DNA from: an uncultured Pseudobdellovibrionaceae bacterium | Lineage (GTDB): Bacteria; Bdellovibrionota; Bdellovibrionia; Bdellovibrionales; UBA1609 | NCBI GenBank assembly: GCA_963803705.1 | Contig: CAWDNU010000005.1 | Span: 1 to 64,000, forward strand | Direction of reading: 5' to 3' | Length of the DNA stretch: 64,000 bases | Shown here: in pieces, positions 39,907-50,476 of the stretch | Position numbering within the stretch: position 1 is the stretch's first letter | Layout of the letters: every line of letters begins with the position of its first letter | Notes under the pieces: generated by a model | Told to the model about the DNA's origin: nothing | Database searches by the model: none | The model's input: the letters and a program-made list of their open reading frames with translations, nothing else | Program-made: the position numbers and the translations under genes

Positions 39907-40568
39907 TGATGAGAAAAAAAGCAGTCCTACTTTTGAGTGGAGGACTAGACTCCACCGTAAATTTATTTGAAGCACATCTTAAATTTGATGTCGTGCAGGT
40001 TCTGACAATTAACTACGGTCAAAAAGCGCTTGAAAAAGAACTTGAAGCCGCCCAATATTTTTCAGATTTTTTAGATTTACCATGGCTCTGTTTAGATCTA
40101 AGTTGGCTATCTACGATTAGCCCCTCTACTTTAAATACAAATGAAGATATTCCCAGTGGCAAAAATGTGGATATCGAATCTTATGAAGTTTCAATTGAAA
40201 CAGCAAAGTCAGTGTGGGTCCCAAATAGAAATGGTCTTTTTTTGAACGTGGCAGGCGTTTACGCAGACGCTTTAAACGCTGACTATATAATCCCAGGTTT
40301 TAACCTTGAAGAGGCTGAAACTTTTCCAGATAATTCAGACAGCTTTATGAAGGCGTCCAGCAAAGCCTTAAGTTTCTCTACAAAGAATGAAACGGAAGTT
40401 TATTGTTTTACAACTCATTTGAATAAGATAAAAATTGTTGAAAGAGCCATTGAACTTAAAATTCCTCTGGATAAGTTGTGGCCTTGTTATTACAGTTTCA
40501 ACGAGTGGTGTGGACAGTGTGAATCATGTATGAGATTTAAGAGAGCTGTTGTCGGAAGTCGAAGTTAG
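39906..40568 (+). CDS. queC: 7-cyano-7-deazaguanine synthase
   Basis: SGGLDS, VWVPNRN, CGQCESC. Confidence 0.93.
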   Translation: MMRKKAVLLLSGGLDSTVNLFEAHLKFDVVQVLTINYGQKALEKELEAAQYFSDFLDLPWLCLDLSWLSTISPSTLNTNEDIPSGKNVDIESYEVSIETAKSVWVPNRNGLFLNVAGVYADALNADYIIPGFNLEEAETFPDNSDSFMKASSKALSFSTKNETEVYCFTTHLNKIKIVERAIELKIPLDKLWPCYYSFNEWCGQCESCMRFKRAVVGSRS

Positions 40569-40582
40569 CTGAGTATGGTCGC

Positions 40583-41314
40583 ATGTCAAAGAGCTCGCTT
40601 TTAATAGAAGTATTAAAAATAGAAACTATATACCGCTTAATTGATAGTGACTTTAAAATGCAAAACCTTAATACCATTAATATCTTGGGAGTTTTCTTGA
40701 AAACAAAATTTATAGATAAAAAAATAAAGTATGACGGTTCACAATTAAAATCGCTATATGCGTTTTTGCAACACGGTGTACAGGGTGATTCAGTGGTAAG
40801 TTGGGAAGGGTCCTGCGATATACCAACTAGTAATATTGTTGATGGTCAAGATCTTCTAGAACAGGCGGTCATCAGATCTGACAGTATGCTTCATTTTATT
40901 ATCGAAATTTTTGATGCAAAACTGATTCAGATGGTTTTACTTCAAAGACTTTTTTGTGAAATAGTAAAAGATGAAGTTAGGCATTTCAGCAAAGGCCAAG
41001 TGCAACTTATCCGTGATGGTGATGACTTATACTTTCCATTCAATCCAGGGATGACATCGAAACCCATAAAAAATGAAGATCTAAAATTAAATATAAGTAT
41101 TGCAACTGTTTCGCCGGTGTCGGGGCTTGTGCACTTTGGAATTAACACGTCCTCTAAGAACACTCCGGTTAAAACTATTTCTATCGTTGATATTCAAAAT
41201 AAGGTTAACCGCTCAGATATGATTTCTAATTGGGCCGAACAATTGATGGAAAAACTAGCTTCAGAGTATAGAAACTCTTTAGATGCAACTCAGAAAGTGA
41301 AATGGGTCAACTAA
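40583..41314 (+). CDS. DUF366-like protein (true start probably TTG near 40697)
   Basis: YDGSQL, GDSVVSW-GSC, MLHFIIE, QRL, RDGDDLY, KLNISIA, HFGIN, KVKWV; GGAG just before 40697. Confidence 0.75.
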   Translation: MSKSSLLIEVLKIETIYRLIDSDFKMQNLNTINILGVFLKTKFIDKKIKYDGSQLKSLYAFLQHGVQGDSVVSWEGSCDIPTSNIVDGQDLLEQAVIRSDSMLHFIIEIFDAKLIQMVLLQRLFCEIVKDEVRHFSKGQVQLIRDGDDLYFPFNPGMTSKPIKNEDLKLNISIATVSPVSGLVHFGINTSSKNTPVKTISIVDIQNKVNRSDMISNWAEQLMEKLASEYRNSLDATQKVKWVN

Positions 41315-41484
41315 AAATAAATTTTATTGTAAGAAACTAAGTCTTAACCATTTACTCTTTTGAAAAAACAGACAGAATCATTTAATTGAATATAATTAAA
41401 TTTCTAAGCATTCCGTTAATGCACTTGATGTATCCAAAATAAGACTTTTACAAAATTCTTGTAAGCTATTCATAGTTTGGTAGA

Positions 41485-42513
41485 TTGATTGGTATGAACA
41501 AACATCTTATAATTTTGACTACTTTAGTTTTGTGCGGATGTGGAAAATTTACCGCGATCAGCTCAACTCAGCCAAACTCTATCTACTTGGCAACTTATTC
41601 GGGGTTATACTTTCAGAAGGCTGATTCCGGTAAGTGGCTAAAAGAAGATTTCTGTGAATCAAAAAATGTTTGCGCGGTTCAACCACTTTCGATCACAAGC
41701 ACTTCGCAAGGTCTTTTTGTAGGGACTATTTACGGAGGGATGCTGAAGGTTAGAGATTTTGAATCAGAAAATTTTGAGCAGATGGCAACTTACCCAGGAT
41801 TTAAAGGCGGACATGCTTTCGAAGCTAGCTATATTAATAGCAATTTAATTGTAGGATCCGCTTTTGGGGTTATGCTTCTTAAAGAGGGTAGGTGGGAAGA
41901 TTTACTTGTAATTCCAAGGGATCGCTCTAAGTCCCACGTGTCCAGCCTAATTGGCCATAAAAACTTTATTTATGCAGTAAGTAAGGGCGGCAGCTTCTTT
42001 GAGTCGAGGGACCAAGGTCAAACCTGGAGCGAGAATAAAAGCGGAAGTGTGAACGAAAGCTTTTTTTCTAACTCATCAACTGCAGTTTATTTGTCCAAAG
42101 TCAGGGTCAACGAAGAATTTGTTTACGTCGCTAGCAGAACAGCTGGAATAGCGCGAAAAAGACATGGGTCTAATTTGTGGCAAACCCTACACTTTGAACA
42201 AGAAGGTTCTTCAGTTTTAAATAATGTGACTAGTTTTTATGTTGATGGACCACTTATTTACGTTAGTGTTAGAAATGAGGGACTTTTAAGCTCATCTGAC
42301 AATGGTGAAAGCTGGAGTAACTTAATTAGGGCTAATGATCCAAGTTTTCCAGAAGGTTTTTATATCTCAGCGGTTTTAGCCACTAATGATTCAATTTATA
42401 TCGGTAGCCGAGCTGGAGAACTGTTCGTTTCAAGTGATCAAGGCATGTCTTGGGGATCCATAAAAAGCCCCGCCGATGACAATCCAATTTACGATATTTT
42501 CGTAGATCAATAA
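41485..42513 (+). CDS. Lipoprotein with BNR/Asp-box beta-propeller repeats
   Basis: LCGC lipobox; SRDQGQTW, SSDNGESW, SSDQGMSW. Confidence 0.8.
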   Translation: MIGMNKHLIILTTLVLCGCGKFTAISSTQPNSIYLATYSGLYFQKADSGKWLKEDFCESKNVCAVQPLSITSTSQGLFVGTIYGGMLKVRDFESENFEQMATYPGFKGGHAFEASYINSNLIVGSAFGVMLLKEGRWEDLLVIPRDRSKSHVSSLIGHKNFIYAVSKGGSFFESRDQGQTWSENKSGSVNESFFSNSSTAVYLSKVRVNEEFVYVASRTAGIARKRHGSNLWQTLHFEQEGSSVLNNVTSFYVDGPLIYVSVRNEGLLSSSDNGESWSNLIRANDPSFPEGFYISAVLATNDSIYIGSRAGELFVSSDQGMSWGSIKSPADDNPIYDIFVDQ

Positions 42514-42626
42514 GTGAACTGACTTTAGATGAGACCAACACCTAACACCAGCTTTCACTATCATTTAGTTTTCATTTAGGTTACCTTTGTGATGTCTGTA
42601 CAAACTTATCACTTTAGGAGATTCTT

Positions 42627-43052
42627 ATGAATAATGAAAAAGTTCTCACGATTTTAAACAAAATTCTTGAACATGAATTAGCTGGGGTAGTTCGTTACAG
42701 CCACTATTCCTTGATGGTTTTTGGTCCAAATCGTATTCCAATTTGTGGTTGGCTAAGGTCTCAGGCCACTGAGTCTCTAACTCATAGTTATGAGGTGGGC
42801 GAGCTTATCACTTCTTATGATGGGCACCCAAGTTTAAAAATTGGCGAATTGCTTGAAACTGAAAAGCATTCCATAAAAGATATTTTAGAAGAAAGCTTAG
42901 CTCATGAAACAAAGCAGATTCAACTTTACAGGGATCTTCTAACTGAAGTGGCCGACAAAAATGTTCAGCTTGAAGAGTATTCCCGCAAAATGATTTCTGA
43001 AGAGCAGCTTCATACTAGCGAAGTTAAAAAAATGCTCAAAGGAATAAAATAA
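42627..43052 (+). CDS. Bacterioferritin/ferritin-like protein
   Basis: ELAGVVRY, ESLTH, HE, EEQLH ferroxidase-type ligands. Confidence 0.85.
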   Translation: MNNEKVLTILNKILEHELAGVVRYSHYSLMVFGPNRIPICGWLRSQATESLTHSYEVGELITSYDGHPSLKIGELLETEKHSIKDILEESLAHETKQIQLYRDLLTEVADKNVQLEEYSRKMISEEQLHTSEVKKMLKGIK

Positions 43053-43199
43053 ACAAGCTAAGGCTTAAGCTGGAAGGCTATGGCGTGCTTAACCTCCAAG
43101 CTACGACTTCAGTCTAGGCTGTTCATCTAAATTTTTCGCATATTTCTACCGATAAATTCTTTAGCAGTAAGTTATTTAACTTTTGTTAAAGGGGTAGGC

Positions 43200-43478
43200 T
43201 TGAAACTTAGTGGCGATTTACAGACTTATTACGATGCTTTGGATGAAATGGGGATTATAGATCCACTTTTGAAATCAGATTGGAAGCAGTTAGATACTTT
43301 AAGGTATTTAAGATTCACAGACTTTGAAAAGCTGATCTTTAAAATGAATCAGCTTAGCTCGACAAAAGATCAAATTAAAAAAGAACTAATCTCTTACGAT
43401 GCTCAAATGATTCAATTTTTTGCCATGGAAGTCGCCAAAGAGTATGCGGATTACCACAAAGATAAGCAAACCCACTAG
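43200..43478 (+). CDS. Hypothetical protein
   Basis: 92-aa ORF with purine-rich RBS. Confidence 0.6.
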   Translation: MKLSGDLQTYYDALDEMGIIDPLLKSDWKQLDTLRYLRFTDFEKLIFKMNQLSSTKDQIKKELISYDAQMIQFFAMEVAKEYADYHKDKQTH

Positions 43479-43559
43479 ATTAAGTTTCGATAACTAAACT
43501 TTTTTAATTTTGAAAAGTCTAAAACATTATTACCAATCTTAAAGTTAAGGATTATTTCG

Positions 43560-44675
43560 GTGTCCATAAAAGAAGAACAGCAGTCAGTTTTTAAAGCGGC
43601 TATAGAAAATTTCTTAGGCCCAATATTGCATCTTTTAGAAGACGAAAAAGTTAGTGAAATTCTTATCAATGGTCATGATGAAATTTTTGTAGAGATGGCC
43701 GGTCGTATGCATCGGACGACTGTACAGTTTGCTAGCGAAGACGACTTAAGAGCAGCCGTAAATAATATTGCCCAAAGTATAGGTCGAAGAATCAACGACC
43801 TAGAGCCTAGATTAGATGCGCGTTTGCCTGATGGATCACGTATTCATGCTGTGATTCCGCCCTGCTCACGAAAGGGTACCACAGTAGCTATTCGGAAGTT
43901 TTTTAAAACTGAAATGACCCTAAAAAAATATGTGGGTTTGGGGGCAGTCTCCATAGAAGGAGCCCAGTTTTTAGACGCTTGTATGAAATTAGGAAAAAAT
44001 ATCTTAGTGAGTGGTGGAACTGGTTCTGGAAAGACCACATTGTTAGGGCTTCTAGGTTCCCGTATTCCATCTGGTGAGCGCATTATTGTGATCGAAGATT
44101 CAACAGAGCTGACAATTGATTATGAGCATATCGTTTTTTTTGAAACTCGGATGGCAGATGAACAAGGAGCTGGCGAAGTATCAATACGTGATCTGGTTGT
44201 AAGTAGTTTAAGGTTAAGACCTGATAGAATTATAGTTGGCGAGGTTCGCGGTGGCGAAGCATTAGAATTAATTCAAGCTATGAATACAGGGCACAAAGGT
44301 TGTATGGGGACAGTCCACGCAAACTCCCCTAGCGAAGCTATGGTAAGACTAGAGGCGCTGGCTCAAAGTGGCGACAACAAAATCAGTGAAAAAGCTTTGA
44401 CTGCTCAAATCTCTTCAGCGGTGGATATGGTCATTCAAGTTTCGAGGTACGCTGATGGGTCGCGTAGAATCGCAGAGATTGCTGAAGTTAATGGGTTTAT
44501 AAACGGGGCTTATGAAACCACTTCGATATTTAAAATTGAACGCTTGATTAAGCAATCTGACGGAAAGCTAAAGGGTGAGCTGACGGGTAAAAATTTACCA
44601 TCTTTCATGGACGAGATTCGCGATAATGGCATGCCGTTTCCTATGCAAGCTTTCAAAACTAAAAAAACAGCCTAA
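43560..44675 (+). CDS. cpaF: CpaF/TadA family secretion ATPase
   Basis: DARLPDGSR, SGGTGSGKTT, LRLRPDRIIVGEVRG, AMNTGH. Confidence 0.9.
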   Translation: MSIKEEQQSVFKAAIENFLGPILHLLEDEKVSEILINGHDEIFVEMAGRMHRTTVQFASEDDLRAAVNNIAQSIGRRINDLEPRLDARLPDGSRIHAVIPPCSRKGTTVAIRKFFKTEMTLKKYVGLGAVSIEGAQFLDACMKLGKNILVSGGTGSGKTTLLGLLGSRIPSGERIIVIEDSTELTIDYEHIVFFETRMADEQGAGEVSIRDLVVSSLRLRPDRIIVGEVRGGEALELIQAMNTGHKGCMGTVHANSPSEAMVRLEALAQSGDNKISEKALTAQISSAVDMVIQVSRYADGSRRIAEIAEVNGFINGAYETTSIFKIERLIKQSDGKLKGELTGKNLPSFMDEIRDNGMPFPMQAFKTKKTA

Positions 44676-44826
44676 AGAAATGCTTATAAAACAAACAGCT
44701 GCACTCTAGTGACTAATGAATTTAGCAGCATTTTGACTGAACTATTGATTAACCTTAGGCTTTTGTGCTGTGAACCATTCATAAATAAAGGTGGCGGTCC
44801 TAGCTTTAAAGCGTTAAAAAATAGGC

Positions 44827-45802
44827 GTGAAGTTCAGTTCTAAAATCGCTTACTCTTTTATCCAGTACGGCTCAAAAAACCAGCTGGATATAGTACGACT
44901 GCTGAATCAAGCAGGTCTAAGTTTTGAATTATGCAATAATGGCGATTCATGGATTGCAGCCGATAATTTGGAAGTCTTCTTGAAGTTAGTCAAAGAGCAA
45001 GCCTCTGATCAAAAGGATATGACCTTGATCGAAAAAGTCGGCCATCAAGCTGTAGATTTAAAAGCCTGGGGCGTTCTAGATAGTGTGCTGAAGATGATTA
45101 GATCTTCGAAAGACCTCTACCATAACCCTCAAAGATTTTTGAGCTACTTTATTTTTCCAGCTCCTCCGATTAAAAAGTTAAATTTTTCTGAAACATCGGT
45201 GCAGTTCGAAGTTCCATTCTTTTTTGAAGAGTATCCACATATCTACTCATACTTAAAAGCGTGTTTTGAAGTCGTATCGACCTACCTTGGTGAACCTGCA
45301 GCTAGTGCAGTATGGAGACAACAACATAATTCAGATCAACTGGTCCCATAAACAGGATTAACTTATTGATCATGAGGATTATAATCTAAACCCTGAATTG
45401 ATTAAAAATATTATTGATACTATCGAAAGCAGCCATTCAGAAATTCAAGCTTTACAGGCTCAGTTAGCAAAAAAAAATATTGAACTAGAAAGATACCACG
45501 AAATCAAAAGCCTCGATCAAAGTCAGGTGTGTTGGACTAGCCATGATAAAAAATGGTTTGAAGATCAAGTTATTAAGCTTCAAGACTATTTTCTAAGAGC
45601 TCAGCAAATGGTTACAATTCTTGCTGGATCTGAAAAAAAATCTAAATTTGTAAAAGAAGCCATGAAAAAGGTGCACTGGAACAATGTACCTGAACTTTTC
45701 CCAGAGACTGTAGAAAAACTTAAGAAAAGGTTAAACTCGGACGACTTTGAAGATCACGAGCCTGCCTCCAGAGACCAAAAGTTTCAGCTTGAACTACAGT
45801 AA
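44827..45802 (+). CDS. Hypothetical sensor-like protein, split by probable indel errors near 45318-45360
   Basis: Two abutting ORFs (174 and 134 aa) bridged by a plausible out-of-frame segment. Confidence 0.55.
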
Positions 45803-45828
45803 AGCCAGACCCATGCAAGGTGGTGATT

Positions 45829-46022
45829 TGGAATCAGGCTGTGCAGGCAATTCACCGCAGGTGCGGTTGTGGAATCAGGCTGTGCAGGCAATTCACCGCA
45901 GGCGCGGTTGTGGAATCAGGCGGTGCTAACGATTCACCGACGGTGCGGATGTGGAATCAGGCGGTACTAACGATTCACCGCAGGTGCGGATGTGCAACTC
46001 GACGGTGCTAACGATTCACCGC
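45829..46022. repeat. GC-rich 41-bp tandem repeat, about 4.7 copies
   Basis: Units start 45829, 45870, 45911, 45952, 45993; first unit TGGAATCAGGCTGTGCAGGCAATTCACCGCAGGTGCGGTTG. Confidence 0.92.
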
Positions 46023-46062
46023 AAAAAAAAAGTTAATCCAACAAAAACGTAAGGGGTACAAT

Positions 46063-47331
46063 ATGAAAATAAAAAAAATAATTGCTCGTCAAATTTTAGA
46101 TTCTAGGGGTAACCCTACCGTCGAGGTAGATTTACATACTGGGCAATCGTGGGCCAGGGCTGCTGTTCCATCTGGAGCGTCTACTGGAATTCATGAGGCC
46201 CATGAACTTCGTGATGGCGACAAATCAAGATTCGGTGGTAAGGGGGTTTTAAAATCTGTTTTAAATATAACTCAATTAGGCGACGAACTGGAAGGCCAAA
46301 GTTTTTCTGACATCTATGACTTTGATAAATGGCTTTTAAAAAAAGATGGAACCGATAACAAATCTAATCTTGGTGCAAATTCCTTACTGGGCTTATCGTT
46401 GGCCTTCGTAAAAGCACAAGCTCAAGAAAGCCAGAAAGATCTTTTCGAATTTTTACTTCCCGATCAAAAATCATATCGCCTACCTGTGCCCCTAATGAAC
46501 ATTATAAACGGTGGTGCTCATGCCAATAATGGCGTGGATGTTCAAGAGTTTATGATAGCACCAGTCTGCGGTGGATCTTTCAGCGAGGCATTACGAGCCG
46601 GAGTAGAGGTCTTTCATTCATTGAAAAAAGTTTTAAACGAAGATGGACATTCTATAGCTGTCGGGGACGAAGGCGGCTTTGCACCTAAGTTAGAGTCCAA
46701 CAAACAGGCTCTTGAGTACATTATGAAAGCTATCGAGAATTCTGGATACAAGGCGGGCGAGGACATATTTATTGCGCTCGATGTAGCGGCTACAGAGCTT
46801 TTTGACGGTCAAAACTACCGATGGGAAGGTCAGAAAATATCTCCTGAACAGCTAATTGAAATTTATAAATCGTGGACTGAACAATTTCCCGTGGTCAGTA
46901 TCGAAGACGGTGCAAGTGAGGATGATTGGGATACTTGGATTAAATTGAATCAGTTAATTGGCTCTAAAGTTCAGTTGATTGGTGATGACCTGTTTGTCAC
47001 AAATCAAAAGCGATTAAAAATGGGTATAGAAAAAAAAGCTGCTAATGCTTTGTTAGTGAAAATTAATCAAATAGGCACTATTTCAGAAACTATCAAGACA
47101 GTTTCAATGTGCCACGAGGTGAATTACAGCACGATCATGTCACACCGAAGTGGTGAAACTGAAGACAATTCTATTTCAGACCTTGCAGTTGGATTATTGT
47201 GTTCTCAAATTAAGACTGGCAGTCCATGCCGGGGCGAAAGAACCGCTAAGTACAATCAGCTTTTAAGAATAGAGCAATCATTAGGACCTAAAGCTAAGTT
47301 TTGGGGAGTAAACGCTTTTAAGGACCTTTAG
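46063..47331 (+). CDS. eno: Enolase
   Basis: DSRGNPTVE, VPSGASTG, GDEGGFAP, SHRSGETED. Confidence 0.98.
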   Translation: MKIKKIIARQILDSRGNPTVEVDLHTGQSWARAAVPSGASTGIHEAHELRDGDKSRFGGKGVLKSVLNITQLGDELEGQSFSDIYDFDKWLLKKDGTDNKSNLGANSLLGLSLAFVKAQAQESQKDLFEFLLPDQKSYRLPVPLMNIINGGAHANNGVDVQEFMIAPVCGGSFSEALRAGVEVFHSLKKVLNEDGHSIAVGDEGGFAPKLESNKQALEYIMKAIENSGYKAGEDIFIALDVAATELFDGQNYRWEGQKISPEQLIEIYKSWTEQFPVVSIEDGASEDDWDTWIKLNQLIGSKVQLIGDDLFVTNQKRLKMGIEKKAANALLVKINQIGTISETIKTVSMCHEVNYSTIMSHRSGETEDNSISDLAVGLLCSQIKTGSPCRGERTAKYNQLLRIEQSLGPKAKFWGVNAFKDL

Positions 47332-47400
47332 CTTTTTTTATTTAAGTGCATTGTTATTTAAACTTGTTGAAATAAGGCAAAATTCTAAGGCTAGGTTCTA

Positions 47401-47724
47401 TTGAACTTTCAAATGCCGATCGTTAATATAAAAGATATGAAAAATGCCTTCGAGTTTCTTTTTGGATCGCCACGTAGAATGCTCCTTCTATGTGCTATGT
47501 TTCTTTTTTTTGGACTAGGTTTAAGCGGCGATCTGTTTAGACTTGTGAAGCTGACTAAGTTTGAAAGAACACTAAAAAATAAAATACAATCTGTTCAAGT
47601 TCAGAAAAAAGAAATTGAAATAAAGATAAAAGAATCTACTTCCAAAGAGTATATTGAAAGAGAGGCATTCCAAAGATTTGATATGACTAAAGAAGGCGAT
47701 ATAATTTTTGTTTTTAATAACTAA
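47401..47724 (+). CDS. ftsB: Septum formation initiator FtsB/DivIC-like
   Basis: TM plus coiled coil, YIEREA...GDIIF; follows eno. Confidence 0.75.
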   Translation: MNFQMPIVNIKDMKNAFEFLFGSPRRMLLLCAMFLFFGLGLSGDLFRLVKLTKFERTLKNKIQSVQVQKKEIEIKIKESTSKEYIEREAFQRFDMTKEGDIIFVFNN

Positions 47725-47854
47725 AAATAATAAAATTGAGTTTTCGTCAATTAACAACAATTTTAGAACAAATTTTTGATACATATCACTTATTCTTTTA
47801 CCTTCTATCTATTAGTTTGCTATAAGTTGGTAAATTTATAACTGGGATGGTAAG

Positions 47855-50377
47855 ATGAAAAAATCACTGATACTTGTTGATGTAAGCTCGATGTTCTTTC
47901 GCGCTTTCTATGCAATCCCTAATATGACTAGTAAAGATGGATTTCCAACTAACGCCTTATACGGCTTTTTAAGTATGACTACTAAACTGCAACATCAGTT
48001 CGATTCGAAAAACATTGTTTACTGTTTTGACAGATCAGAACCTTCCTTTCGCAAAGATTTAGATGAGCGTTACAAAGCTAATCGCACAGAAATGCCAGAG
48101 GATCTAGGCAAACAAATCCCATACATTGTCGAGTTCACTGATTATTTAGGTATTCCAAGGTTGGACTTAAAAGGTTTTGAAGCAGATGACATTATTGGCT
48201 CTTACGCTAAGTGGGGTACACAACAAGGTTACAAAATTATTATAATTAGTGGGGATAAAGACTTTGCACAGTTAATTTCTGAAAACGTAGTTATGGTAGA
48301 TACGATGAAAGACGTAACCTACGATATCGCTGGTGTTAGAAAGAAGTGGGGGGTAGACCCATCTCAGTTCATCGACTATTTAGCATTGATCGGGGATAGT
48401 TCAGATAACATAGCTGGCGTTCGCGGAATTGGCCCTAAAACTGCGCAAAAATTAATAGCCGATTTTAAGTCTTTGGACGGTATTTATGAAAACATAGAAT
48501 CTTTAAAAGGTGCCGCTAAAAAGAAGCTTATAGAAAACAAAAAAGAAGCTTACCTGTCGCAGACATTGGTCACCATTAGAACAGACTTAGACTTACCAAC
48601 CGATGAAAACCACGTTCAGCTAAGGCCTAAAAATAACGAAAAACTTCACGAGCTTTTCCAAAAATTTAATTTTAAAAAATTTGCTCAAGAATTAGGGGAA
48701 GAAGACAATTTAAGAAATTATGCTAACGAGGTTTCCACGGGCACCTCAAAAAATAACTTTAACTGGAACGAGAATGCGAAATTAGTCGATATAGATTCAT
48801 TGAAGTCTTCGTCTGAAATCTATTTTTTACCACATTTAAATGGTGCAATTTTAAATTGTGGTCAAACCGCATTAATTTTTAAAGAACTGTCAGATGATGT
48901 AAAAGATCTTCTACTCTCAAAACAGTTTGTTTGGTCAGGTTTTGATTTAAAAGAGATCTGGCGTGATCTTGGCTTTAAAACTACAGACTCAATTAAGTTT
49001 AAAGATGACTTAATGTTAGCTGCTTATTCGCTGAACGCAGGTCAGATCGATTTTTCCAGTATACATATCGAGTACCTAGATCCAATTATACCTGATGGTT
49101 CACAAGCTAGAGAGCTTTTGGACAGTCATTTAGCACTTTTGAAAATTGTTAAAGAAAAATTACAAGGTTCAGTTCTAAGTGTATACGAAACGATAGAGAA
49201 ACCTTGTATGCCGATTCTGTCCCAGATGGAACTTCTTGGCGTAAAGTTGGATGTCGATATTTTGAAAAAACAAAGTGAATCGTTAACCAGCGACATCTCT
49301 GCTTTAGAAAAACAGATTCACGAAATTGCAGGCGAGGAATTCAATATAAACAGCCCTAAACAACTGGGGCAAATTTTATTTGAAAAATTGCAGATACCTG
49401 CGACAAAAAAAAATAAGACGGGCTATTCTACAGCGACTGATGTTTTAGAAAAATTAGAAAAAAAATACCCAATATCGAAATTAGTTCTTAATTTTAGGGA
49501 GCTTTCAAAGCTAAAATCAACTTACGTGGATGCTTTGCCGAAACTAATCGATCCGGACAACGGTCGAATCCATACAACTTTCAAACAAGCGCTTACTGCC
49601 ACCGGGCGTTTATCAAGCGTAAATCCAAATTTACAAAATATACCTATTCGGACAGAGCGTGGTCTTCAAATTAGAAAGGCATTTGTACCAACTCCTGGGT
49701 GGGATTTGATAGCTGCAGATTACAGTCAAATTGAACTTCGAATTTTAGCTCACATAGCTGGCGACAAAGGTTTGTTAAATGCTTACAAGAACGGTCTTGA
49801 TGTTCACTCGGTCACGGCCAGCGAAGTTTTTGAAATTAAATTGAGCGAAGTTACAAAAGAACAAAGAAGAACGGCCAAAGCAGTCAACTTTGGAATTGCC
49901 TACGGTCAAGGTGCATACGGTTTAGCAGAATCATTGGGGATTCCCCGAACCGAGTCTAAAGAAATTATAGAAAGATACTTCAAAAAATTTTCCGGGGTTA
50001 AAACTTACATGGAAGATATTATTAGATCAGCACGGGAAAATGGTTACGTAGAGACACTTTTTGGACGTAGACGTTATCTTCCAGAACTGAAGTCAAAAAA
50101 CCGCATGGAACAATCATTTGGTGAACGTGCAGCTATAAACGCACCAATGCAGGGCACACAGGCAGATATCGTTAAAATGGCTATGATCAAAGCCCATAAA
50201 GAAGTTAAAGCGCCAATGATTTTACAAGTGCACGACGAATTAATATTTGAATGCGAGTCTTCTAGAACTGAAGAACTTATAATTCAGATTAAAGATATCA
50301 TGGAAAATATAGTAAAACTGGACGTGCCTTTAATAGTGGATTGTAAATCCGGTAAAAACTGGCTCGAGGCCCATTAA
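47855..50377 (+). CDS. polA: DNA polymerase I
   Basis: 5' nuclease (EADD, SGDKD) plus TGRLSS, DYSQIELR, KAVNFG, QVHDEL. Confidence 0.97.
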   Translation: MKKSLILVDVSSMFFRAFYAIPNMTSKDGFPTNALYGFLSMTTKLQHQFDSKNIVYCFDRSEPSFRKDLDERYKANRTEMPEDLGKQIPYIVEFTDYLGIPRLDLKGFEADDIIGSYAKWGTQQGYKIIIISGDKDFAQLISENVVMVDTMKDVTYDIAGVRKKWGVDPSQFIDYLALIGDSSDNIAGVRGIGPKTAQKLIADFKSLDGIYENIESLKGAAKKKLIENKKEAYLSQTLVTIRTDLDLPTDENHVQLRPKNNEKLHELFQKFNFKKFAQELGEEDNLRNYANEVSTGTSKNNFNWNENAKLVDIDSLKSSSEIYFLPHLNGAILNCGQTALIFKELSDDVKDLLLSKQFVWSGFDLKEIWRDLGFKTTDSIKFKDDLMLAAYSLNAGQIDFSSIHIEYLDPIIPDGSQARELLDSHLALLKIVKEKLQGSVLSVYETIEKPCMPILSQMELLGVKLDVDILKKQSESLTSDISALEKQIHEIAGEEFNINSPKQLGQILFEKLQIPATKKNKTGYSTATDVLEKLEKKYPISKLVLNFRELSKLKSTYVDALPKLIDPDNGRIHTTFKQALTATGRLSSVNPNLQNIPIRTERGLQIRKAFVPTPGWDLIAADYSQIELRILAHIAGDKGLLNAYKNGLDVHSVTASEVFEIKLSEVTKEQRRTAKAVNFGIAYGQGAYGLAESLGIPRTESKEIIERYFKKFSGVKTYMEDIIRSARENGYVETLFGRRRYLPELKSKNRMEQSFGERAAINAPMQGTQADIVKMAMIKAHKEVKAPMILQVHDELIFECESSRTEELIIQIKDIMENIVKLDVPLIVDCKSGKNWLEAH

Positions 50378-50476
50378 TCGAAAAATTCAATGATCAACTA
50401 AACCTAGGTCTATTTGTAGTCTAGTTCGCCAAGCATTTTACTTTGGGATTTAGATTTTATTGCCGATAGTCTCTTT

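Noticed and set aside
45829..46022. 41-bp tract as CRISPR, or the ORFs 45747-45929 and 45820-46011 as genes
   Set aside because: No unique spacers; the period is not a multiple of 3, so the ORFs are repeat by-products
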